A stretch of 64,000 nt of DNA from contig OZ025659.1 in NCBI GenBank assembly GCA_964019335.1, positions 682,001 to 746,000 on the forward strand, read 5' to 3'. The notes beneath the pieces were generated by a model, which made no database searches, had not been told where the DNA came from, and saw only the letters and a list, made by a program, of their open reading frames with translations. This stretch comes from Diplonema japonicum. Lineage: Eukaryota > Protista > Euglenozoa: Diplonemea. Position numbers and translations under genes: made by a program. Positions 1 to 11,500 of the stretch are shown here, piece after piece (within the stretch, counting starts at the first letter, position 1; every line of letters starts with the position of its first letter).

Positions 1-1
1 G

Positions 2-751
2 GCTTTGCAGGAACTGCAGTTGGGGAGGCTTCGTGCGGCAAGGGCACCAACATCACATCCTCTCACACCGCCCCCTCCGGTGGTTGTCCCACCACCATCT
101 TCGTCACCACCGTTGACTAAATCACTGTTGCGAGAAGTGGAAGGAAAGCCTGTTAGTAAACAAAGTTCGACGAGATCCACAGCACAGTCTAAAGGAGCGG
201 GTTTTGGGTTGGCGTACGCGTCTCGGAGGGTGCATTACCCTAAATGGCCGCGGGGCGATATGGCGGGAAGAAGCACTAGCGGCACTGCGATGGTGACACC
301 CAGCCTTGCCCCGTTGACACCCGGTGTGTCTCTTATTGCGAAAGGTTCTGGGTTGCGGTCCATTCCTTCGCTGCTCTCATTGGAAGGCGGTAGTTATTCT
401 ACGCTCAACGCACCGTCTTCGCCTACAACTTCGATTGCTACAAATGAACATAAGTCGCCTGAAAGACGTGTATCAGGTTCCTGTGTCAGCTCCTCGTTGC
501 AGGATAAGAAGAGCATTGAGCTACGCGTCACCTTTCGAGGCACTCCTGAGATTGACTTTTCTCTTCGCACTAATTTCTTCTCTCTTAAGGGTGCGGACGA
601 CCAGATTCGCGCCATCCTTAAGTCGCTTTTGAAGCCAAAGCTCGAGATGCTTGCGAAGGGCATCGTCGTGCACTTGCCCGACGGGCAGGTCGAGTTCGGT
701 CCCCCTGCAGTGCCCCATGCGCCGGAGTCCCACAGTGACCTGCATATTTAA
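2..751 (+). CDS. 3' part of a gene (5' end outside window): Ser/Pro-rich region followed by a possible SMP/TULIP (Mdm34-like) C-terminal segment
   Basis: Open frame from window start to TAA at 749-751 with coding-like composition. The segment LRVTFRGTPEIDFSLRTNFFSLKGADDQIRAILKSLL resembles the last strands and helix of SMP lipid-transfer domains (weak, by eye). Confidence 0.5.
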   Translation, partial: ALQELQLGRLRAARAPTSHPLTPPPPVVVPPPSSSPPLTKSLLREVEGKPVSKQSSTRSTAQSKGAGFGLAYASRRVHYPKWPRGDMAGRSTSGTAMVTPSLAPLTPGVSLIAKGSGLRSIPSLLSLEGGSYSTLNAPSSPTTSIATNEHKSPERRVSGSCVSSSLQDKKSIELRVTFRGTPEIDFSLRTNFFSLKGADDQIRAILKSLLKPKLEMLAKGIVVHLPDGQVEFGPPAVPHAPESHSDLHI

Positions 752-997
752 GCTGAGACTTTTATGATAGATTTTGATAAGTTTTTGTTCTCTATTTTAT
801 GTTTTTTTTTTTTTGTTTTGTTAAGTCTATGAACCCCCCTCTCCGATGGCCCGTCTCGATCCTCACCTTGGCATCTAGACACTCAGAAAATGGTGATTTT
901 AGATGTGGCCTAGATGTTTGTCGGAAATACGTGTTTGAGGGGGGAGGAAAAAAAAACAAAAAAACCAAAAAATAAAAAAAAAGGGTAACAAAAAAAA

Positions 998-1999
998 ATG
1001 TCGGTGTTCCACAAGCTCCGCCCGCAGTGGCAGCAGACGATGCTTAGGATCGCATCGCCGGAGGCGACGATCAAGTACTACAAAGAGCACTTCGGGTGCA
1101 CGCTGCTGGACGAGATTCACTTCCCGAAGATGAACTTCAGCCTGTACTTCATGGCAACGCTACCAGGAGGGGTCGACTACAACCTGAAGCCGGGGACGAA
1201 AGAAGCACATGACTATGTGTGGAACTTCAAGGGCGTGACGCTGGAGTTCACCCACAACCACCCTGCAGAGGGGGCAGAGCCGTTCAAGGCGAACAATGGA
1301 AACGTGGAGCCGCACAGGGGGTTCGGGCACATCGCAATGCTGTGCAACGACGTGTACAAAACATGTGAAGACCTAGAGGCGAAAGGGGTGGGCTTCCAAA
1401 AAAAGCCTGACGAGGGAAGAATGAAGGGTCTGGCGTTCTGTCTGGACCCTGATGGTTACTGGATCGAGTTGGTGAAAAGGTCGGAAAAGCACAACCTGAA
1501 GACGGACTACAACCTCGCACAGACTATGATCCGAGTTAAGGATGGGAAGGCCTCCGCTACATTCTACGAAAAGTATTTCGGGATGACCCTTATCCGTGCC
1601 TCTCACTACCCGGAAGCTAAATTCAGCAACTATTTCATGGCTCAGCTTGATGACGAACAAAAGAAAACGATGCCCGACCCGTCGTCCCCAGAGGCAAAAG
1701 ACTTCCTCATGTCGCTTCACGACCCTATCCTCGAACTCACTCACAACCATGGGACTGAGACCCAAGAGGGGCCTGTGTACCACACTGGGAACACCGACCC
1801 CAAGGGGTTCGGCCACATAGGGTTCCTTGTGGACAACATTAAGGAATTCTGCGCAGCCTTGGAGGCAGATGGTGTTGCCTTCCAGAAGAGGCTTGACGAG
1901 GGCAGCATGAACATGCTCGCGTTCGCCAAGGACCCCACCGGGTACTGGATCGAGGTCGTTGAGAGGGGAATGGTCATCCCGGAAAAATTCCTTGAGTAA
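998..1999 (+). CDS. GLO1: Glyoxalase I (lactoylglutathione lyase), internally duplicated two-domain type
   Basis: Two copies of the motif set QTM(L/I)R ... LE(F/L)THN ... GFGHI ... DPxGYWIE, carrying the Q/E/H/E metal ligands; 333 aa, no introns. Confidence 0.95.
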   Translation: MSVFHKLRPQWQQTMLRIASPEATIKYYKEHFGCTLLDEIHFPKMNFSLYFMATLPGGVDYNLKPGTKEAHDYVWNFKGVTLEFTHNHPAEGAEPFKANNGNVEPHRGFGHIAMLCNDVYKTCEDLEAKGVGFQKKPDEGRMKGLAFCLDPDGYWIELVKRSEKHNLKTDYNLAQTMIRVKDGKASATFYEKYFGMTLIRASHYPEAKFSNYFMAQLDDEQKKTMPDPSSPEAKDFLMSLHDPILELTHNHGTETQEGPVYHTGNTDPKGFGHIGFLVDNIKEFCAALEADGVAFQKRLDEGSMNMLAFAKDPTGYWIEVVERGMVIPEKFLE

Positions 2000-2196
2000 G
2001 AAAAAAAAAAAGTGTGAACGTCTTTTTTTTTATTTTTTTTTATTTTTTTAATTTTTCCCCCTTATTCTTGGGTGGGGTAAAAAAAGGACTGCATCTTTTT
2101 CTTGGTGTGGACTGTCGAGATTTTTTTTTTTTTTTAAAACAATGGTTTCGCTTCGCCATAAGAATTACAGGGAAACCCCCTCCCTCCCCGTCCCAA

Positions 2197-2592
2197 ATGT
2201 TATCTATCTATATGTGGGCAGCCCTTTGGTTCTTTGTGGGTTGGTGCACTGGGGCGCATCGGTTCTACGCGGCGTGGGGCTTCTTTAAGAATGAAGACAA
2301 GAAATCAGGATGGTGGAACATCTCTCTCGGCCTGCTGCAGATCGTATGCTTCCTCTCATTCGCTTTCATGGGGCACTATGTTCTGAACAACTGCAAATCG
2401 TGCAAAGATCCATCAAGTAACCCCATCGCAGGAGGATGCTGGGGTGACCAAACATTTCAGTACCAGTCCTTCTACATCTTGCATTACACTGGGGTTGCAA
2501 TCGCCATTCTTCGGTGGATCTGGGACGGACCTTGCTTTCCTCATATTTTGCGTTTGGTGCACTCGGCTGACTACACCATTCAGTTGCCCTAA
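2197..2592 (+). CDS. Small TM2-domain membrane protein
   Basis: ATG at 2197. LWFFVGWCTGAHRFY matches the TM2 GxHRFY motif. Further hydrophobic segments and a WIWD motif follow. Confidence 0.65.
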   Translation: MLSIYMWAALWFFVGWCTGAHRFYAAWGFFKNEDKKSGWWNISLGLLQIVCFLSFAFMGHYVLNNCKSCKDPSSNPIAGGCWGDQTFQYQSFYILHYTGVAIAILRWIWDGPCFPHILRLVHSADYTIQLP

Positions 2593-2927
2593 AAGAAGGG
2601 GTGGAGAGGAAAAAGAAAGAAATTTGTATCCGTTGAAATCCTCATATGCGGGAGAAAAAAGAGAAACAACTTGTAGGAGAAAAAAAAAAAGAAAAGAAAG
2701 AGGTTGAAAAGGAAAGGGGGGGGGGGGGGGGGGAACTGGTGCTCTCTCTCCCCCCATCCTCTCCTCTTTTTTCTTAAATTCTTCTCGATCAAATGTCTCT
2801 GATTTCTTCCCAACATTCAAAATAATTAGGATTCTTTTCTTTTTTTTTTTTTTTTTTTTTTCAGTAAAAAAAATGAAACCGCGGGTTTTTTTTCCCCCCC
2901 TTTCCATGATATATTCATCACAAAAAA

Positions 2928-2967
<40 letters not shown>

Positions 2968-2993
2968 GGGGGGAAAAAAAAGAGAAAAAAAAT

Positions 2994-4636
2994 ATGAGAT
3001 CGGCACTGACAAGGCGATGCGTGGAGGGAATGAGGAGGTACAAGGGGAGCTTCCCGTCTCTGGTGATCAACACAAAAGGGTACCACCCGCAGGGGGTATT
3101 CGCGGAAGCGCAGGCGGAGTTCTTGGAGCCTGACAGGGACACGGTATCGAAGCTGCACAGCCAGCTAAAGGCCGCAAACGCCGGTGTGGTGGCCCACTTC
3201 TACATGGACGCTGAGCTGCAGGGTGTTCTGGGGGCAGTAGACTACCCGCACATCTTCACAAGCGACTCTCTTGCGATGGCAGACGCGGCAGTGCAGATGG
3301 CAGAGCAGGGTGTCGACAAGATCATTGTCATGGGTGTGGACTTCATGTCCGAGAATGTGCGTGCGGTGCTTGACTACAAAGGCCACACCAACGTCCAGGT
3401 CTTCAGGCTCAGCGACAGCGAGATCGGCTGCACACTTGCCGCCTCTGCCGAGTCAGCGGGCTACAAAGCATGGCTGAACAAGGCTCGCAAGCACGGCAAC
3501 TCCCTTCACGTGGTGTACATCAACACCAGCCTGCTCACCAAGGCCTCCGCCCACGACACCGTCCCCACCATCACCTGCACCTCTTCCAACGTCGTGCGTA
3601 CCATCCTCCAGTCCTTCGACCAGATCCCCGACCTCACCGTGTGGTACGGCCCCGACACGCACATGGGGCACAACCTTGTGTCTCTGTTCACCGCGATGAG
3701 CAAGATGTCGAACGAGGACATCCAGAAGATCCACCCCGCCCACACGCAGGAGACCATCAAGGCGTTGATCCCCCGCTTGGAGGTGTACCCGCAGGGGACA
3801 TGTGTTGTGCACGAGATGTTCGGCGATGATGTTGTGAAGACGCTGCGCAACGAGTACCCCGACTGCAACCACACTGCGCACCTGGAGGTCCCGGGTGAGA
3901 TGTTCGCTCTTGCGTCGGAGGCGAAGCTTGCGGGCAAGGGTGCCGTGGGCTCCACGTCGGACATCCTGAACTTCATCAAATCGAAGATCGACCATGCGAT
4001 CACACAGGAGGGGCCGCAGACCATCCGTGTCACGCTCGGAACAGAGGCAGGGATGACAACACCCATCGCAAAGCAGATCAAAGCAAAGCTGACCGAGACA
4101 GGGAGGGATGACATCGACCTGGAGGTGATCTTCCCTGTGGCGTCGGAGGCTGTGGCTGCTGACAACACCATCGGCACAGGGATCGTTCCGGGTGTGGCAG
4201 CAGGTGAGGGCTGCTCCACCGCAGGGGGCTGCGCCACGTGCAAATTCATGAAGATGAACGACATGGACGGGCTTATGGACCTGCTCAAGGACATCAACAG
4301 CAACAAGGTATACAAAAAGAAGAAAAGAAATGTGTATTTCAAAATGATTGTCTTGTCTTTGTCCCCTCTTAGTAGTCTCTTTGGGGGGAAGGGAGAGGTG
4401 GGGGCACAAACAAAAATAACGTAACAAAACAAAATAGTCGCCCGCCTTCCTCAAAGCCTACCACCCTAAGAAGTACAATGAGACCATCTCTGGCCGATCC
4501 ACTGCTGATGTTGGTGGCGAGACAATTCTGCACATGAGGGCTTTCCAGGTGTGTTTTATTATTATTTTTTTAAACTTAATAACAGGCGACATCTACCCTT
4601 CCTGATGAGCTTGTGCAGCACGTTAAATCCATCTAA
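2994..4636 (+). CDS. nadA: Quinolinate synthase (plant-type NadA, [4Fe-4S]); exons 2994-4307, 4438-4548, 4586-4636
   Basis: Motifs VVAHFYMD, SDSLAMAD, GVDFMSEN, IGCTLA, HVVYINTSL, TITCTSSNVV, WYGPD, CVVH, CKFMKMN. Removing GT-AG introns 4308-4437 and 4549-4585 restores the plant-like ending ADVGGETILHMRAFQATSTLPDELV. Arg-rich N-terminus. Confidence 0.92.
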
Positions 4637-5532
4637 AAAAGAAATAGGAACAAATGGCAGGGTAGGTAAATTCACCACCGGCTTTCTTTTTTTTCTTTTT
4701 TCTTTTTTTTTTTTCTTTTTTGGATGCTCAGTGCTTTTTCCCCCCGCTATTTTTTTTTTTTTTTTTTTTTTTCCCTCTGTTCTTGAACTCCCGTTCCCAT
4801 CCTTCCACCCCTCTTGAAAACAGTTTTTTTTTTTTTTTTTTTTTTTTTATGGCTTTGCACGGGCCAGTCAGTCACGATGCACATTCTTTTCTTTAAAAAA
4901 AAAATCACTTTCTAGACATTCAGTTTTTCTTCGAGAGCACAAAAGAAAAAAAGGAAATAATAGGGGGGGGGAAGCACTTCGAAGCAAAGGAAGAAATAAA
5001 AAAGAGGTGAGGGCGTTCCCTACTCTTTTTAAGATTTTAAATCAGTTGCAAAAAGAAAAAGAAGGGCGGGGGTAAACAAAGTGTAATTTGTGAACTTTCG
5101 GAGGAGGCAGGGAGCTATTCGAGTTTGCACCCACCTGTCCTTGCTTGGGAGGGTGCTGAGAGACACTTCTACTCCCCCCTTCATTCATCTATTCTCAAAA
5201 TCACAAAAGTTTCCCAGCCCTGCTTTTTTTTTTAAGGAAGGAAAGAAAATTACCACACCCAACGTCACCCTGCCAAAGCCACGTTAAAAGAAAATGCTTT
5301 GATACCTCACTAGCCGTGGACAAGCAATCCCCCCCCCCCCCCCCCATTCCTTTTTTTTGAAAAATCATTTGACAGTGTGTTTTTTTTTTTTTTTTTTTCC
5401 TCCCATCTTTCCACCATATTCGCATTTGTTATTCCCTCCCGACCCAAAGAAAAAAAAAAAAACAGATATTTTTTTCTTCTAAAATTTTTTTATTTACACA
5501 AAAAAAAAACACCCCCCCCCATTCCCCTTAAA

Positions 5533-6627
5533 ATGAAAAGCAAAAAGCTAACGGCCGCGCTACTAGCAATAACAGCGGTGGCCGCAGCGACGACGGGAAC
5601 AGGATGCACGAGGGATGAAGATTGCACGGGCGACGCGTGGAAATGCGGGAAGGGGGCCAAGGACGAGACGGTGAAAGACTGCTCCCTCCCATCCGACGAG
5701 GGCACCGGGCTGACCTCAAAGTGCACGTGCTTCCAACCAGCATGCAAGCCCGTCGAGGTTAGTGTCAACGACACAAAATCAAAAATTTTATTCATCGGAG
5801 ACATGAAGTTTGCCCTGCTCTCCGACACCTTTGGAGTTCGGTACAGAAACACCCACAGCACCTACACGGCATCTCGCGAGGTTGGCATGAACGCCCGCTG
5901 GGCAAGAAAATGTGTTTCAACATGGTTGACCACCCCAAGCCCCTTCAGTTACATCGTGATCCAGCTAGGCAGAATGGATTCATCAAACGCGACAGCTGTA
6001 ATGTCATCTCCTGAGACTTTCCGTGATAACCTCAAAGGTTTGATCAACACTGTGAACGAGAGGTCTCCCAGTGCCAAGGTGGTGATTCTCCCTGTGATGC
6101 CCATGTTCAAGGAAGCTAAACTCAACCATTGGGACTACAACAGAATAATGGCTTTTAACAACATATCAGAATCCATGAACACATTGGCAAACATATGCCC
6201 TATCCTTGACTCCGATCACTTCGGGTCGCCGAAATTATGCGGAAACGTGAATTGGAGTGATGTGTGTGTTGTGCAAGAAACAGACCAGCTGTACCCTCAA
6301 GAAACAGCGCTTCAACATGATGAGGAGGGGCTTGCGATGGATTTGGCCTTTGGGTTCAGCAGCAAGGAGGGTGATATGATAACGTTGACATTTATCAACA
6401 AGTGCCTCCTTTATTCGCAGCCCTTGGAGGTCGTTGCAAAAGGCAATGTTGTTGTAAAGCCCCCTGACGTTCCCATACATTTCTCCTACAGAAGTAATAG
6501 TAACGTGATCTGGATCCGTAAGAAGGTCCGCGTCAGGGTCCGTATTCGAGTCCGCCGTAGGATTCGCATCAGGGTACGCCGGTATGTTCGAGTCCGTAGA
6601 AGGGTCCGGGTTAGATACTACTGGTAA
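5533..6627 (+). CDS. Secreted SGNH-hydrolase-like protein with degenerate catalytic motifs, Cys-rich N-domain and Arg/Val-rich C-terminal tail
   Basis: Signal peptide MKSKKLTAALLAITAVAAA. Block I ILFIGDM (Ser replaced), block III VIQLGRMD, then SPETFRDNLKGLINTV...PSAKVVIL, typical of SGNH folds. Confidence 0.7.
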   Translation: MKSKKLTAALLAITAVAAATTGTGCTRDEDCTGDAWKCGKGAKDETVKDCSLPSDEGTGLTSKCTCFQPACKPVEVSVNDTKSKILFIGDMKFALLSDTFGVRYRNTHSTYTASREVGMNARWARKCVSTWLTTPSPFSYIVIQLGRMDSSNATAVMSSPETFRDNLKGLINTVNERSPSAKVVILPVMPMFKEAKLNHWDYNRIMAFNNISESMNTLANICPILDSDHFGSPKLCGNVNWSDVCVVQETDQLYPQETALQHDEEGLAMDLAFGFSSKEGDMITLTFINKCLLYSQPLEVVAKGNVVVKPPDVPIHFSYRSNSNVIWIRKKVRVRVRIRVRRRIRIRVRRYVRVRRRVRVRYYW

Positions 6628-6855
6628 AAAAAAAAAAAAAAAAAAAAAAGTTTTTTCTTTTTTCTATATTGATCCTCCTCTCCTAATAATTCGTCCCCTC
6701 CATTTTCTATTTCACTCTTTTTTTAAAAAAAAATACTCCCCCCTTTCTAATTTTTTTTTATATCTCTATTCTATTCTTTCTTTTTTTTTTATACTTTTTC
6801 TTGCTTTCCAAGTATTTTTTTTTAAAAAAAATAGAAGGGGGGGGTGAAAAAGGAA

Positions 6856-6975
6856 ATGCAGAAGGTGAGGACGTTGGCAAAACACGGCCCGGCTGCGGAC
6901 TTTGCAAAAGGAAAACAGCCGCCTTCTTATGCTGTCGTGTCGGAGGTAATGTCGGGGGTCCCTACTTTATTCAAG

Positions 6976-7007
<32 letters not shown>

Positions 7008-8350
7008 AGTCTGAACTGCGGAACCTGAAAAACTTCTTGGAACACGACCCATCGGTTGGCGTAAAGGAAGCACAGCATGAGAGGTCTCGACTCAAAGAAG
7101 CATCACAAGAGAGAGTGAAGCACTGGCCCGATTTGATAGAGACAATGAGGCTGAAGAAGGAAAAAGACAGAGTATCCCGTCTGGAGGAGGAAGAAGAAGA
7201 ACGCAAGAAGATCGACACAAAAGAAGCTGAGTACCAGTCCGACATACGCAGCAAGGCCTTAAACACGGCGAACCACATTCTGTACCAGCAGGACGACCGT
7301 GTGAAAACATTCTCCTCCAAGTTATTCCTGTCGCACGTGTTGGACGAACGCGCAAAGCAAGTCTTGCTTGAAAGACAGAAGAAAGAACTCGCCAAGCAGA
7401 AAGACTACGAGTGGTCCGTCATCCAGACAGAACAAACCAAACGTGCTAAGGACGAAGAGGAGGAAAAACTACAAAAACAACGAAGCAGCGCGTCCAAGCT
7501 CAAGCAGGAACAAAAAGCACAGCTTGCAGAAATCCGGGCCAGGAAGATAAAGGAACGCGAGGAAGAGCGCGAGGAAGGCCGGCAGATCCGAGAAGCCGCA
7601 GAGCGCGCGATTCTAAAGGAAAAAGAAGCCGAGGAACAAAAGAGAAAGAAAGCTGTGGAGATAAACAGGCAGTATATTGACGACAATAAGAGGCAGCGGA
7701 CGGTCCGTGAAGCGAAGATGAAGGAGGAGGAAGAAGAGCTGAACAAAATCAGACTCTTCGCGCGGCTGAAAGAGGAACAAATGTTAGAGAGGAAGAGACG
7801 AGCAGAGGAGAAATTCAACGCACAGCTCGGTGCGAGGCAAGCCATGATCGACAGACAAAGCGCACACTTAGAAGCCCTTGCTGACGAAGCAGAAGAAAGA
7901 GTCTTAACGCAAATGAGAGACGCAGAGAGGGAAAGGGACGCCCGAGAACTAAGAGAAAGCGACAAGCGGGCTAAACTATGGAACGAAATCCACACCTCGA
8001 GACAGAAACAACTCGCTATGAAGGAGAAAGAGAAAGAAGCGCAGAAAGTGCGTAACGGAAGAATCCAAGAAATCCAACACCGGCAGCAAAAATGTTTGGT
8101 GGACGAAGAGATCAAGGAGAAGGAAACAGCAAGGTCGAAAGCGGGGAGGCTGCAGTACTTCCAAAAACTGCAAATGAACGACAAGGAACACCGCAAAAAG
8201 GCGGAAGCTGAGAGGGAGCTGCAAGAGGGGCGCATGATGCTCGATTCGCTGCAAAAGGAAGAAGACATCTTTCAAGAGTACATCAGCAGCGTGATGACCA
8301 ACTTCGCAAAGCGGTCCCCCACGGGCCACACACCACAGCCCCCACCGTAG
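6856..8350 (+). CDS. CFAP210: Cilia/flagella coiled-coil microtubule inner protein, CFAP210/CCDC173-like (TPH domain); exons 6856-6945, 7010-8350
   Basis: SQERVKHWPD...EEEERKKID...YQQDDRVKTFSSKLFLSHVLDER matches the CCDC173 pattern, followed by a long E/K/R coiled coil. Intron 6946-7009 (GTAAT...AAACAG) joins in frame. Confidence 0.8.
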
Positions 8351-8564
8351 GCAGTGTCCTGTTCTCATTCACGGCGTACATATGTTAATAGTCAACCCTT
8401 CATGCCCCCCTCTTTTTTATCTTCATTGTACTCCTACGGCATAGGGGAAAGGAAACATTTCTCTTTTATTTCTTCTTTTTTTTTCTGCTTCTCCAATTTT
8501 TTTATTTTTTTATTCAACACCCCTTCCCCCATGTTACCTTAATTAAAACCAGGCCGCAGCCATC

Positions 8565-11500
8565 ATGGCCGATGCCCTCTATGTTGTTGCTGTGTGGTAT
8601 GACTATGTCGTGCTCGGCATCCCGCGGTTTGCGAATGGAGGGATGCCGGAGGAGTATTACGTGAAAGTAGAAGGGGGCGAAAAGGGGTTGGAGAGGAAGT
8701 TTGAAAGGAGCGAAGCAAAGAAGAAAGGATGGGAGATCATCTTTGACAACCTGACACCGGGCACAACGTACAAGGCCAGCATATGCTGCGGCAGGGACCG
8801 ATGCGGTGGGGAAGTAGGGTTTGAAACGGCGAAGATGCCTACAGTCAAGCAGGGCGTTGTCGCACACGACAGTGTTAACATAATTTGGGACACGGGCACC
8901 GAACAATACTCCCCTGCAAGCGAGCTCCATGTGGAACTTGATATGTGCACGAAGCCCACCCTCGTCCTCAGCTCACATGTCCGTGCCTTGTGTTTCGTCT
9001 CTACGGTTACCCACGGCGAGCAGTGCCTCACTGACCTCACCATCAATGAGGTTTATTATGTCTCAGTTCGCTGCGGCTACAAACCACCTACCGATTCCAA
9101 GCCACACTGGGGACCGTGGTGTACCCAGATCCCTATGGTCACCCTTCCTCCCGTCACTTTCACTTTTAAATCAATCGGGCCCAACTACGTCAGATTCTCG
9201 TGGTCGCGGCCTGTTAGGCACGTCCAGTCCACTGGTTTCCACCCACCCACTCATGCTGCCATCCACAACCTCACCGTTCAAATCTGGGAGCAGCCGACAA
9301 GTACCTCAACACAACTCTTCCGAAGGGAGGTGGTGTGTCCGGACAGTGAAGACCCTTACACGGAGAAATCAAATACCGTTTCAGGGCTTGCGCCCGGTAA
9401 AATACACCACCTCGTGGTCTTCTACAGCAACTTCACAGGAGAAGTGTCTGCCCAGTGCTTGTACAGGTTCAGCACTCTGAGCGAACTGGAGATACGGACA
9501 ATTCACGTAAATCAATCTGTGATAACAATACTGGGTGCGATGCGGCAGATGGCAAGGCTCAGGTCATGCAACCTGCAGCTCCACTATCCCGCTGACGATG
9601 TACAGAACAGGTACGGGGCGGCAGGGACACCCATGCCGTGCTCTGAACGTTGGATTAACATCGCTAGCGTAGAACCTGAGCGGTACGCCGTGCGTTGCAT
9701 AGAGATCGACACCGGAAAGACCTGCATCCGTTCATGGCGGGACTGCACTGAGATGACCATACCTGACCTGACCCCAGGTGCAGCTTACTCCCTTACTACA
9801 AGGATGCTCGTTAATGGCTGCTGGAGTTGCTGGGGCAACCACTTTATCGTAGGCACTTTGCACGAGATGGGCATCCGTGTTGTGGGCAGGACATCCACTG
9901 AGATGCGCGTGATGTGGGGCAGACCTGAGCCATGGCCACCCATCCCCATCCCACGTGAGAAGGCTGACTACGTGTACACACATGTGGCAGATGAACAGGA
10001 AGACTACGAAGGTTCAGAAGATAATGAAGAGGGTTCTGTGGAGCATATCTGCGAAGACGTCGATGAGGTGGGCGTGACGTTGTGGAAGGAGGGTGGTCTG
10101 TTGCCTGAGAACGACGACGACTGTCGAATGGCAGGGTCGCACGAAAGCGACGCGTCTAAAGCAGACATAATCGTGCCCCGCGAAAAGCGGACTCATGTGT
10201 TCACGGGGCTAGAAGAAGAATCGTTGTACTCGTTTAGACTGGCAATAAAACAGGCCGGAAGGTGGGTAACGTGCGACTCGTCCTGCGCTATGACACTGTC
10301 TAAGGCAGACGAGGTGCTGCCGTGGGATGCGGAGGACGGTATCTGGTACCATTCGCCACGTGTCAAGGAAGGGGTGGCGGATGTGCCACCGGTGCTGCAC
10401 CTGCTGAATGTATCCGAGTCGTATGTAGGATTGGAATGGAAACTGCCTCCTGTGAAACATCAGATCTGCTCTGAGACAGGCAGAGAGTCGGTGTCAGCGT
10501 TGCTGTCTGGAGCAAGGCAACTGGAGGGCAAGAAACGGGTCCGGATCGTGGACCCTGTAAACAGCGTAGTGTCAGGGGCCACCTCAAGCGCCAGCTTACG
10601 TGAGTACAAAGCAGTGCTACACCAGGTCACTAAGCCAGAAACCACGCGCACTTTGTACTTCCGTGCCGTACTAGCTAAGGTGCACCTGACAGGGCTCAAC
10701 CCCGACCACGTATACACGGTCACCCTTTGTTCACACGACCCCGTGAGCTGCTCGTGGGGCAAGCCGTCAAACGCCATCACTTTCCGTTCTTTGCAGCCCA
10801 CCGTGCTGCAGATCTTCGACATCCACAAAGACCTCATCAGCTTTTCATGGACACGCTCCCGCAGCACCGACAAAGACGTGGACTCCAGCATCGGTATAAA
10901 ATACCACAAAGTGGTTCTAAGGAGCGACAGGGAAACTGTGGAGAAGAAAGTGGTAAACAAGAACAGTTACAATCATCACCTGTACTCGCTCGTTCCGTGG
11001 ACTTTGTATACGGCCTCTGTGAGCCCATTTTACTCCGGAGAGCTGTGGGGGACGCCTTCCACTATGCTATCCTTCTTTTATGCATACATCGAACCACGAA
11101 TAGATGTTGTGACGTGGGACCAAGTCCACCTCTCGTGGGAACCTGTATTGACGTCACTCCCAGAGGCTCCTGGGAAGTGGATCCTCAACATCTCCGGCCC
11201 TAATGTGGATTCTTGCATCGAGCTCCCGCCCAACGCCAGTGGCTACCACATAGCAAGCCTCGACCCTGACACAGAGTATGCTGTGGTGCTTGTTTTCGCT
11301 CACCAACTGTCTCGCGAAGCCTTTGCTGATGCAAAGAAGCCCGCAAGTGCTAGCAGCGAGCCTCTTAGCACTTGCCTCCGAACTGTCTCTGTCCCTGTTC
11401 CTAAGCTGGTGTCAGTGGGTGAAGACTTTGCTGTTGTGTCGTGCCCCCTGACATACTGCCATGGAGAAGGAAGGAAGCCCCACATCAACCAGGTGGCGTA

